64,000 bases of DNA from a virus. The notes under the pieces are model-generated. The model was not told the origin of the DNA and searched no databases. It worked only from the letters and a program-made list of their open reading frames with translations. The stretch covers positions 1 to 64,000 of the IMG/VR virus record IMGVR_UViG_3300025120_014381. One strand, written 5' to 3'. This document shows, piece after piece, positions 48,438 to 57,202 of this stretch. Position 1 is the first letter of the stretch. Every line of letters starts with the position of its first letter. Position numbers and translations under genes: made by a program.

Positions 48438-49382
48438 TCAACTAATTGCTTTAATTTCAAACAAAACTTTCATTGCTTGATGGTAGCTGCTGAAGTGATA
48501 TATACTTTCGTGACTTAAATCTTCATTATAAGATTTTAAAGGTACTAAACACTTAATTCCGTGTTTGGCGTAATCCTCAGCATGTTTTGGCGCGTCATCT
48601 ATTGCAAACTTAATTTTACCTTCGTCATAGTACTTTGATTTTGCGCACCACCTAAACTTTTCAGGTGAGAATGAGATAGCATCACAAGGAATATTTTGTT
48701 GGTGTATCCAAAAATATGTATCATATAGACATTGCAGTTCTTCTTCAGGGCGTGCTGTTAAAAGATGAATCCAATAGCCTTTATGTTTTAATTGCCACAG
48801 AAGTTCTAAGTTATCAGTATCTATAGTTAGATTCGCAAACCCTTCGTCGTCAAGAAACATTTTAAATACATACTCAGAATTTAAATTAATTTTTGAGAGT
48901 GCTGTGATAAAGTAATACTCTTTAGAGTCTACATCAGCTCGGACTCCAAATTTTTTATACAGCCAATCAGAAAAGCCAACTCTAAAATTAGCTAACACGT
49001 CATCGATATCCACGATAGCGACAGGTTGACCTTCCCACTTTTTCTGTTGTAAGCTGTGGTGCTTGTTAAGATAAACATCTTTTTTCTCAAAGGCTTTTTC
49101 AAATTCTTTTGATGTAATGCCCCAAGTGTTTAACGTTGCCATCATGTAACGGATAACGTCGACCGTTTCATATAAAACTGTTGATCTATTTGCTAGGGGT
49201 TCAGTGTGTGAATGATGATTTTTATATTGGGTTGCGTTAACTAGTGCACTTAGTTCTGCATGGGCACACAAAACGTTATCTTGTGTTATCTTTTCTTTTA
49301 GTTCTTGGGATAATTGATCACTTCTTCCGACAATTTTTTTATTATATTGTAATTGTTGTAATAGCATCTGTTTGAATGTCAA
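48438..49382 (-). CDS. All-alpha NTP-pyrophosphatase-like domain fused to HAD 5'-nucleotidase-like domain
   Basis: N-terminal AEL...YETVDV; C-terminal VDIDDVLANF, LTAR, K, AIDD. Confidence 0.75.
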   Translation of the reverse strand: MTFKQMLLQQLQYNKKIVGRSDQLSQELKEKITQDNVLCAHAELSALVNATQYKNHHSHTEPLANRSTVLYETVDVIRYMMATLNTWGITSKEFEKAFEKKDVYLNKHHSLQQKKWEGQPVAIVDIDDVLANFRVGFSDWLYKKFGVRADVDSKEYYFITALSKINLNSEYVFKMFLDDEGFANLTIDTDNLELLWQLKHKGYWIHLLTARPEEELQCLYDTYFWIHQQNIPCDAISFSPEKFRWCAKSKYYDEGKIKFAIDDAPKHAEDYAKHGIKCLVPLKSYNEDLSHESIYHFSSYHQAMKVLFEIKAIS

Positions 49383-49614
49383 AGGTCACCTCAGTATCAG
49401 GTTGTGTTGTTACATGTTTTTTAAATGTATCTACATAATACTGAAATTCTTTGGAATTTACATTACTAAACAGAAACATTGTGTTGCCTGCATTTATAGA
49501 ACCTGAAAATGACCCGTGAGAATCAACTTGTGTCTTAATTTCATCAAAAGACAAGTTTGTTTTTTCTCCGTTAAAAATGACATTTGAATCCATTATTTTC
49601 CTCTCAGTAGCCAC
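49342..49614 (-). CDS. Hypothetical protein
   Basis: ORF track. Confidence 0.55.
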   Translation of the reverse strand: MATERKIMDSNVIFNGEKTNLSFDEIKTQVDSHGSFSGSINAGNTMFLFSNVNSKEFQYYVDTFKKHVTTQPDTEVTFDIQTDAITTITI

Positions 49615-49984
49615 TTAAAAGACGCTGCCTAATCTTAGTATCCTTTTTTAAATATGCATCAAACAATTCTTTTTCATTAAATCCTGTCACTATTAACATT
49701 GCAAAGAAATAGTTTAAAGCATCTACAACTTCTTCTAGAAACTCTCCACGATCCAACGCTTGTTCAACGTTCGTTACACGATGAGGTTTCCAGTTCTTTA
49801 AATGTTGCAATGCTTCAAACATTTCTTCGACGCCCTTTAAAGCAAGGTCGCGGCAGACTTGTTGTGATTCTTTTTCAGCAATGTCAACAGGAAAGTCTGG
49901 GTAAGAACCCGGGATTGTTTCTTTCATCATTTTCATAAAAGAAAGGCGCAATTTAAACATTTCTTCAAGTCTACAGTTTTCCAC
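49604..49984 (-). CDS. All-alpha dUTPase/dCTPase (MazG-like superfamily)
   Basis: EEMFEA..H..NWKPH, LEEVVDA.NY. Confidence 0.8.
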   Translation of the reverse strand: MENCRLEEMFKLRLSFMKMMKETIPGSYPDFPVDIAEKESQQVCRDLALKGVEEMFEALQHLKNWKPHRVTNVEQALDRGEFLEEVVDALNYFFAMLIVTGFNEKELFDAYLKKDTKIRQRLLSGY

Positions 49985-49986
49985 GA

Positions 49987-50211
49987 TTACTCTCCTTCTG
50001 TTTTTAACTCAGAAGCTTCTTGTAACATTTTTTCAATGTTCTGCTCTTGACTTTTTTCGTATTCTTCGTTCAAGAATAGCTCGCCTTCATCTAGCGCTAA
50101 TCTTACCATTCTAAAGTGGTCAACAATGTCTGTCCCAGTTAAAAGACCTAGTTGTAGAATTTTGACAAAGTGTGCAATAACACTATCATTTAATTTAACG
50201 TTGTTGTTCAT
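49987..50211 (-). CDS. Small hypothetical protein
   Basis: LQLGLLTGTDIVDHFR; GGAGAG RBS. Confidence 0.65.
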   Translation of the reverse strand: MNNNVKLNDSVIAHFVKILQLGLLTGTDIVDHFRMVRLALDEGELFLNEEYEKSQEQNIEKMLQEASELKTEGE

Positions 50212-50219
50212 ATTCTCTC

Positions 50220-51026
50220 CTATTTTTGAACAGCCGGCACCCAGTGTGTAGTTCGTTTATCAAGCGTTTGTTCTTTGATAATTTCATTACCACAAGGTGA
50301 GGTTTTTTGATTATACACAGCGAAACGCTGACTGTACAAACCTTTTTTGCCGTTAGGCTTTCTATAGTTTTGTATTGTTGCACCTCCTGTACTATACGAC
50401 AGTTGTATTATTCGTCTACATGCATAGAATAGTTTGTTAGACTCATCAGTTGTGATATGTGCACACAATCGGTGTGGTGATATCTTTGCGTCATAAAGAC
50501 ATTCTGCTTTAAGGTAGTTTCCGATACCGCTTACATTTTTTTGATTCATTAAAAATTCTGCAATTGTTTTGTTAGGCTTCTTTTTTAAAAGAATATAAAA
50601 TGTATCAGGACCCCACGCATCTTTAAGAAAGTCTGGCCCTATTGACTTGAGCTTTTTAGCTAAGTCTTTTTTATTAAGTGCTATTTTAAAAGTACCAAAA
50701 TTTCTCATATCATTATAATACAAGGATAGTGATTCGTCTTCAAACTCTAGTTTGAGCCTAGAGTGGTTTGTTGTATTGTTCGACCACATTCCTGTCATTC
50801 CCAGTGTATTAAAGAAGTATACGTCGTCTTTGAATGAAAAGTATATAAACTTCCCCTTACATTCGACATGTTCCAGCAACAAGGGGAATCGCCAACTTGG
50901 GTTATTGACGTTATCAATTGGTTTCTTAGTATATCTTCCAGATAACACTGTCAGTCTTTTAAGTACTTTTCCTTCATATGATTTTAAAAAGTCTACTGTT
51001 GTTTTTACTTCGGGTCCTTCAGGCAT
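50220..51026 (-). CDS. Fpg/Nei family DNA glycosylase with zincless finger
   Basis: Start revised to 51026 MPEGPEV; GKF, LGMTG, DMRNFG, H2TH GIGNY; C-terminal RTTHWVPAVQ lacks the CxxC pairs. Confidence 0.92.
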   Translation of the reverse strand: MPEGPEVKTTVDFLKSYEGKVLKRLTVLSGRYTKKPIDNVNNPSWRFPLLLEHVECKGKFIYFSFKDDVYFFNTLGMTGMWSNNTTNHSRLKLEFEDESLSLYYNDMRNFGTFKIALNKKDLAKKLKSIGPDFLKDAWGPDTFYILLKKKPNKTIAEFLMNQKNVSGIGNYLKAECLYDAKISPHRLCAHITTDESNKLFYACRRIIQLSYSTGGATIQNYRKPNGKKGLYSQRFAVYNQKTSPCGNEIIKEQTLDKRTTHWVPAVQK

Positions 51027-51447
51027 GTGTTTCCTCCAGCCAAGATTTATAATTTTTAAGTGCACTATCTGTTGGAATGACTTCTCGCCATTCTCCCTTA
51101 ACAAAGATTCGATACGCGTCTGACCCATATTTTCCAATACCATACAATTTAGTTGGGTCATCTTTCCAGTCTTTTTCGAGGTAATCAATTGACATCTGTT
51201 TTAAAGCGCGGGTACGTCTGTCTACCAAACCCAAAGGTTGTATTAAAGACTTTAAAGCATGCTCATCTAACTTTGATGCATCTTCAGGTGTAGGCCAATT
51301 TTTTAAAAAATCCCAGAAATATGGTTCAGATGAGCGCCGCTTTGTTAAATTACAAAATATGCAGCAAACAAAGATCCTCCACGGATCTTTGTTTAATTCT
51401 TCTTGTAAAAGTGCATAAGGTGACATGTGTATCTTCTTTTTTATCAT
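51019..51447 (-). CDS. MBD4-like HhH mismatch DNA glycosylase (stand-alone catalytic domain)
   Basis: SPY.LLQE.L..DPW....CIF.N.T, PLGL, LYGIGKYGSDAYRIF, EW..V.P.D..L..Y..WL. Confidence 0.88.
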   Translation of the reverse strand: MIKKKIHMSPYALLQEELNKDPWRIFVCCIFCNLTKRRSSEPYFWDFLKNWPTPEDASKLDEHALKSLIQPLGLVDRRTRALKQMSIDYLEKDWKDDPTKLYGIGKYGSDAYRIFVKGEWREVIPTDSALKNYKSWLEETHA

Positions 51448-51480
51448 GTTTTATTATTTTTTATCATGTTTTATTATTTT
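51441..51480. repeat. Exact 20-bp tandem duplication spanning the MBD4-like start codon
   Basis: TTATCATGTTTTATTATTTT x2. Confidence 0.85.
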
Positions 51481-51521
51481 TTACTACATACATATAATAC
51501 AGATATGTTTAGGAGTTTTAC

Positions 51522-52430
51522 ATGAAAATAACGAAAAAGCAGCTAATTAACATTATTAATGCTTCTTTACGAGAGTCCAAGATTGCTCAAGGTATACTTG
51601 ATAAAGGCGTTGATCAGATTCCCTCAGGTGCATCTGGAGGTAATGAATTGGAAGGTGCTATTTCAAAATTTCAGGAAGTCGTTGATACTTTATCAGAAGC
51701 CGGTGCAATTGCTAAAACTAGCTTTACTGTGGCAGACCTAGGAGCCTTAGGAACAAATTCTTCCATGCGAAGAATTATACTGACAATTGCTAGAAACGCC
51801 ACGCCTATAGTGAGTATACTTAAAAGCCCACTATTTACTGCGCTGACTATGGGGGCGCAGACTGTTAGTGTAGTGCTAGGTGCCTATGCACTATTACCAA
51901 TTGCGATTTCAAAAACACTAGAAAATATGGGGACGGTAGAAGGTGCTGTGGATCGTCAGCTTAAGCTTAAGCGTAGCAGTGATGAACTTCCGAAAGATTA
52001 TGCACTGGAAATTACTGATTTTGCTAAAAGTTTTGAGGATCGTTCTTATTTAAAGCGCGTGGGCGGCATGGACGGTCGCGATGATGTATTGCGTGTTCTC
52101 GCAATGGACATTTTAAGCGAAAAAGGCAAAAACATTTCTAATAGAATGTTGCAAAAAGGAAAAATATCAAAAAAGTTTCATGGCGAAGTCTTAAAAGTTC
52201 GTAATAAGCTAAAAGCAGAGACACAACCCACACTAAATGATTATCATGCGCGACTAAAAGAATTAAAAAACGCACCCGATCAAGCAGATATTAAAAACAA
52301 AGCAATTGCAATAAATGCTGTTTGTAGTGTTTTTAGCTTATTAGGCTTCGAAGTTGAATTGGGTCCTGTTAGTATTTCTGCAGACACTATTGTTGATAAA
52401 TTAGCAGGTGTTGTTAACGTTGAAGTTTAA
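51522..52430 (+). CDS. Hypothetical protein with leader and central hydrophobic segment
   Basis: MKITKKQLINIINASLRES; AGGAG RBS. Confidence 0.7.
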   Translation: MKITKKQLINIINASLRESKIAQGILDKGVDQIPSGASGGNELEGAISKFQEVVDTLSEAGAIAKTSFTVADLGALGTNSSMRRIILTIARNATPIVSILKSPLFTALTMGAQTVSVVLGAYALLPIAISKTLENMGTVEGAVDRQLKLKRSSDELPKDYALEITDFAKSFEDRSYLKRVGGMDGRDDVLRVLAMDILSEKGKNISNRMLQKGKISKKFHGEVLKVRNKLKAETQPTLNDYHARLKELKNAPDQADIKNKAIAINAVCSVFSLLGFEVELGPVSISADTIVDKLAGVVNVEV

Positions 52431-52432
52431 TA

Positions 52433-53158
52433 TTACTTTTTTTTAAAAAACTTTTTAGGTCTAGTACCTACTTTTCGCTTACTATATTTTCTTCTTGCCA
52501 CTTCAGAAACTTTTTGTTCTGTAAAGTCAAAACCATAGTGTATTAGTATCTTTTTTAATTCAGCATCTCTCTGTTTTTTAGGAACATGAAACCACTGCCA
52601 GCCTATTAGATTTTTCGTATCTTTTACTCTGTTTTTCTTCATGGTGCAAGCGGGAGTTATCTCTTCACTGATCACGCTTTCCGGTATAGATATATTTAAA
52701 TCAAAAGCAACCATTATTAGATCACCGTATAACTCACTATTGTAAGCATTTTGTGTAATTCTATACTGTTCTGTCAGTTGATCCTTTAAGTGCTTTGAGC
52801 GTATTTCCGATGTTTTATCTGGGTGTGTCACCATTACAATCTGTCGATAAATTTTTTTTGCCCAAGGTTTTACATCAGCTGAAACCTTAGAAGCACTCTG
52901 CGTTAATTCTTGTTTACCAGGTTTACTGATTGCTGTATTTGTTTCACTATTTTTTGGTAAGTGGCCCATAAAAATTTTATCATACAGCGCTTGTTGTCCT
53001 TGTGAAATATTTTGTCCCGCAAGTTTATTACGAAAAAAGGAAAGTCGGTAATTTAAGTCAGCTGAACCTACATCATACTCTTTTTTAACTTGTAATTCTT
53101 CTTCAAAAACAAACTTGTATTCTAATATTTTAACTCTGTCTGCGCTGTTTAATTTCAT
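52433..53158 (-). CDS. J-domain (DnaJ-like) protein
   Basis: KKIYRQIVMVTHPDK...YRITQNAY. Confidence 0.7.
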   Translation of the reverse strand: MKLNSADRVKILEYKFVFEEELQVKKEYDVGSADLNYRLSFFRNKLAGQNISQGQQALYDKIFMGHLPKNSETNTAISKPGKQELTQSASKVSADVKPWAKKIYRQIVMVTHPDKTSEIRSKHLKDQLTEQYRITQNAYNSELYGDLIMVAFDLNISIPESVISEEITPACTMKKNRVKDTKNLIGWQWFHVPKKQRDAELKKILIHYGFDFTEQKVSEVARRKYSKRKVGTRPKKFFKKK

Positions 53159-53354
53159 TGTATATTTCTTTGATTAGTAACACCGGCCAGACAATCACTA
53201 ATCGCATGTCAGAATTAATTTTATTTTTTCTTTCATTAGCTTTTTTTCTGAGCTTTACATCGCTTGACATTAAATTTATTACTTTAAGTTCTCTATGAAA
53301 AATATAAAAAATCACAACAGTCATAGTAACATAATATAAGAGAAAAAACATCAC
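53130..53354 (-). CDS. Small membrane protein
   Basis: Two hydrophobic segments; WP motif. Confidence 0.55.
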   Translation of the reverse strand: MMFFLLYYVTMTVVIFYIFHRELKVINLMSSDVKLRKKANERKNKINSDMRLVIVWPVLLIKEIYNEIKQRRQS

Positions 53355-53839
53355 TTATTACCTTTCGAGAGTCGCTTAATGATATTGTATATTTCCTTAT
53401 CAGTTATTGCCTTTCGAGATTCTTTGACTACATTTCTTCGAGACTTATTTGTAATTCCTACTTTTCCTGATTTACTCTTCTTTTTAACCTCTACAAGAGA
53501 AGCTGTGGTCTTCGTACGAGGTTTTGCTTTTACAGTAACTGCTTCGGCTGTTACCTTGAGCCTTTTATCAAATAAACCTTGTAACTTAAGAGGTTCAAAA
53601 AATCGATCATCTACAACAACTTCTAAAGTCATATCGTAGATTCCTTCCTTTAAAACATGATCAAGTGGTGGTAACGTTACTGTTACTTCATCACCAGTGC
53701 TTTCTCCTTCAAAAGCAAGTGACATGTTTTTTGATTCTAACATTAATCTACATTTTGCTTCGCCAGGTCGAGTACCTTCAATTTGAACCTGGAAAGTTAA
53801 TTCGTTTTCCTCATCAATCATTAAATCAATTTTTGACAT
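53351..53839 (-). CDS. Hypothetical (probable structural) protein
   Basis: Beta-rich N-domain LEVVVDDRFFEP; AAGGAG RBS. Confidence 0.6.
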   Translation of the reverse strand: MSKIDLMIDEENELTFQVQIEGTRPGEAKCRLMLESKNMSLAFEGESTGDEVTVTLPPLDHVLKEGIYDMTLEVVVDDRFFEPLKLQGLFDKRLKVTAEAVTVKAKPRTKTTASLVEVKKKSKSGKVGITNKSRRNVVKESRKAITDKEIYNIIKRLSKGNK

Positions 53840-54179
53840 TTTTACTCCTTACTTCTTTTACTATGACTTTAATATCAGGTTGATGCACAGCAAGACGTGT
53901 GGGCCTGGCTTCAATCCTAGGTGTTGGTTTGTCAACAAAAGTCGATCTTACAGTATTAATTATCGGTTTGACGAGGTCTTTTCCATTAATAGAAACCAAA
54001 GCAATAGAAACTTTTAATTCATCTAAAAAATCGCCAAATTCTTGTTTGGCGCGGCGGCCTCTTCTTACTAAACCTCTGGTAACTTGCGCAACAATAGCTG
54101 CTGGAATTAAGCCGCGTGCTATTAAGTTAGTAGGTGTTGCACCTGGGCCAAAGCCACGAGTTACAATAAAGCCCGGCAT
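53826..54179 (-). CDS. Hypothetical protein
   Basis: IVTRGFG...LIARG. Confidence 0.6.
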   Translation of the reverse strand: MPGFIVTRGFGPGATPTNLIARGLIPAAIVAQVTRGLVRRGRRAKQEFGDFLDELKVSIALVSINGKDLVKPIINTVRSTFVDKPTPRIEARPTRLAVHQPDIKVIVKEVRSKNVKN

Positions 54180-54610
54180 TAAATACTACCTGTACCAATC
54201 AATCGTCTTTCAAATAATTCTGTTATCGATGAGTCTCCATTCCGATCAAGTAATTCATAGCGAGCTATTTCTGTTGTATTATCATCTTGAAAAAATACCA
54301 TTTGTTTTGTGTCTTCATCTACTTGCCATCTACCGGTGTGTATATATCTAGATATTTTTTGATCGATCTTAACTTCTTCAGTGGCATAAACGCTTGTATT
54401 ACCATTTACTGACCAGACAATCGAACCACTAAATTGTGTAGATAAATCAAGCTGGACACCGTACAATCCAGTATTTGTACCTAACTCATACACACCGGTG
54501 TTTCTAACAGAAAGTGCACTTGAACCGAGTGTGTCAAATAGCTGGTATCTTATACTTCCTGATATGCCACCTAAACTTTTACCTAAATTAGCTGTCTGTA
54601 GTACTTTCAA
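54179..54610 (-). CDS. Probable virion structural protein
   Basis: GRWQVD....QMVFFQDDNTTEIARY.L. Confidence 0.55.
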   Translation of the reverse strand: MKVLQTANLGKSLGGISGSIRYQLFDTLGSSALSVRNTGVYELGTNTGLYGVQLDLSTQFSGSIVWSVNGNTSVYATEEVKIDQKISRYIHTGRWQVDEDTKQMVFFQDDNTTEIARYELLDRNGDSSITELFERRLIGTGSI

Positions 54611-54977
54611 ATTCTTCTCTTGTCTCTAATTTTTTGTGGTCTAGACCCAGGGATTCTTTTGTTTTCGCTTCTGATTCTTTCGTTGGCTTTTCTAAGTCGT
54701 TTCCCATTTCTATTTTTCTCTTAATTTCTTCTATTTGCTCAATCAAAGATAGACGAACAGAATTTTCCGTGCTTTGTGTTAAAACAAAATCTCTAATGTT
54801 GTATAACGCATTAATTAAGTATCTTACTTTTTCTTCATCGTTGTCAAAATTTTTACTAACAACCTCCTTAAGTGATGCATCAACAAAAACTTTTAACTGT
54901 GTTAGCTGATGTAAAGTTTGTTGCGTCAAAGCCGGTTTTATTAAATCAATATACTGTTGTTCCATTTTCTCCTCCAA
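54588..54977 (-). CDS. Hypothetical protein
   Basis: ORF track; probable ATG 54965 after GGAGGAG. Confidence 0.6.
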   Translation of the reverse strand: MEEKMEQQYIDLIKPALTQQTLHQLTQLKVFVDASLKEVVSKNFDNDEEKVRYLINALYNIRDFVLTQSTENSVRLSLIEQIEEIKRKIEMGNDLEKPTKESEAKTKESLGLDHKKLETREEFESTTDS

Positions 54978-55000
54978 AATAAGTATAACATTATAAAATA

Positions 55001-55029
55001 AAAAGGAAGAGCAGTAAACTGCTCTTCCT
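55001..55029 (-). terminator. Intrinsic terminator after tail-fibre gene
   Basis: AGGAAGAGCAG-N4-CTGCTCTTCCT 11-bp stem followed by U-rich tract on minus strand. Confidence 0.8.
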
Positions 55030-55054
55030 CAATAAGTGTATAATTAATAAGCTA

Positions 55055-57202
55055 TTAGCGTGTTACAATTGTTACAACATCATCAGCTTCTAAATCGAAA
55101 CCAAAACGAAGAATTCTTGCTTGGCCTACAACTGCTACATAATCAACTGCACCAGTCCCAACATTGACATCAGTACCAGAAAGTAATAGCTGACCATTTA
55201 CAAACACGTCAGATCGATCAAAAGCAAGTGATCTAAGATCGTCAGGTTGTGTACCAGCTGCAAGCCCAGATGTTTGCATATCAACATTCGAACCAGAAGC
55301 GATTCCAGCTGCACCAATAACTCTTGCGGCTTTCTTGATATTAGCTCCACCTACATCGGCAAAACTTAGTACACCAGAACCATTAGTCGTCAGTGCTTGT
55401 CCATTACTACCAACACTACTTGGTAATGTAAGCGTAATATTACCTGTTGAAGCTGGACCTGCAAGTGTGACAGCATTTGAGCCATTTGCATCAGCTTCTT
55501 GGAAACTGATTTTACCAGCAGCACCACCACCGTCAAGAACTAAATTAGAACCTGAGAGCGTTGTTACGGGTGCTGTTAACGTGGAGTCAAAGTTTAAGAA
55601 CCTGTACTCATCAACAAGAATTCTGGCATTATCATTAGCTTTAACATCAATCTGTAATTTTGTACCAGGAGATCCAAGAACATCTTGGAAAACTACCTGT
55701 CCACCACCTGGTCTGAAAGTAATATTTCTAAGTCCAGATGAAGATAAGATTAATTCAGTAGAACTTCCACCAAGACCACCAACTTGTGCTTCTGAAACAT
55801 TAAAGAAAGTATGACTAGTACTACCCAAGACAACGTCGTTACCTTGTGCACCAGAGATTACAAATTGAGAACCATTCAAGTCAGCTTTTAATGTTGCAGC
55901 AAGTTGACCAATTTGATTAACGTTAATTGTCGCACTGTTTGATTCTAAGCCTAAACTACCACCGTTGTGCCCACCAGAAACGATTAGATCGTTACTTGAG
56001 AAAAGAAGTTTACCTTTACCTGTTCCGTTTTCTGAAAGAGAGATATCCTTGTTGTTACCAGCGTTAAGATTTAAGTGGTTTGCAGTTGTAATTTGTAAGG
56101 CTGCAGCACCAGCAAAACCTGGCGAACTGTCATTAATCTGGATCTTGTTTGTGTTGCCTTTAACCTCTAAAGAAGCTGCGCGCCAACTAATATCAGTAAA
56201 GTTAGCAGTAGAAGAGTTACCAATAGATCCACTATGAGAAGCAACTGCCCCAACGCCAAATGAGTTGTTTGAACCGTTGATCTTACCAATAATAACATCT
56301 GGTCTTGCTGAAACATTAGAACCTGATGTAAAGATAATACCAGAGTCTGTGTTTGCAGCGACTGAGTCACCAGCAAGAGCAAGAAACTTATCATGAATTG
56401 TCACATTAGTCGAGTTAACAGTAGTTGTTGTACCTGCAACACTAAAGTTACCAGCAACGACAACAGTTGTACTAGAACCACCTAAAGTTAATGCATTTCC
56501 ACCAACACTAGCACCAATATTAGCAGCACCAGCAGCAAAGTCTAAGTCGTTACCTGAAACAGTTAAGTCTCCAGCAATAGTAGCGTCACCATCATTATTT
56601 AACGTAATTGTAGTTGTACCGTCAGCAGACTTGATATCTTGCCCACCAACAACAATGTCACCGCTTACTTTTACAAGATCTTCTGTAAGAAGAAGTGTTC
56701 CACCAGTTTCCGAGTCAATTGTTGAACCGTTTGTGAGTGTAACCTTACCGCCTCCAATTGTAACGTCTCCAGCGAACGTTACATCTCTGTCTGCAGAGTT
56801 AAGGGTAATGTTTGGTGTTGTACCTACTGCATTACCTAAACCAATTTTAAGTTTATCGTCTGTATCGTCAAGCCCTACATAAAAGTCTTTTGCGTTACCG
56901 TCAAATACGATCGCTGTGTCCTCAGCACCTGCATCACCAATTGTGAGTGTTGGGGTTGTGCCTTTAAGTGTTATGTCAGTATGAAATTCACCTGCTGCTG
57001 CTTTAGCAAAAGTATCACCACCGTGAATTCTTTTAATTGCTGACGCCATTTCTGAAAGAACGCCTACCATCGAACCTGAAGTCAAACCTAATGCTAATAA
57101 ATTAGCCCCTGCGTTTGCACCAAGATTGTCGACGATGCTGCCTTCTCTGTCTGCGAATGACCCGGTCAATTGACCTAGTCTGAGTTGTGTTCTTGAAGCC
57201 AT
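55055..57202 (-). CDS. Tail fibre-like protein
   Basis: Gly/Ser/Thr-rich; GTTTTVNST, LTLP...G..GQALTTNGSG.LSF, DVFVNGQLL. Confidence 0.75.
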   Translation of the reverse strand: MASRTQLRLGQLTGSFADREGSIVDNLGANAGANLLALGLTSGSMVGVLSEMASAIKRIHGGDTFAKAAAGEFHTDITLKGTTPTLTIGDAGAEDTAIVFDGNAKDFYVGLDDTDDKLKIGLGNAVGTTPNITLNSADRDVTFAGDVTIGGGKVTLTNGSTIDSETGGTLLLTEDLVKVSGDIVVGGQDIKSADGTTTITLNNDGDATIAGDLTVSGNDLDFAAGAANIGASVGGNALTLGGSSTTVVVAGNFSVAGTTTTVNSTNVTIHDKFLALAGDSVAANTDSGIIFTSGSNVSARPDVIIGKINGSNNSFGVGAVASHSGSIGNSSTANFTDISWRAASLEVKGNTNKIQINDSSPGFAGAAALQITTANHLNLNAGNNKDISLSENGTGKGKLLFSSNDLIVSGGHNGGSLGLESNSATINVNQIGQLAATLKADLNGSQFVISGAQGNDVVLGSTSHTFFNVSEAQVGGLGGSSTELILSSSGLRNITFRPGGGQVVFQDVLGSPGTKLQIDVKANDNARILVDEYRFLNFDSTLTAPVTTLSGSNLVLDGGGAAGKISFQEADANGSNAVTLAGPASTGNITLTLPSSVGSNGQALTTNGSGVLSFADVGGANIKKAARVIGAAGIASGSNVDMQTSGLAAGTQPDDLRSLAFDRSDVFVNGQLLLSGTDVNVGTGAVDYVAVVGQARILRFGFDLEADDVVTIVTR

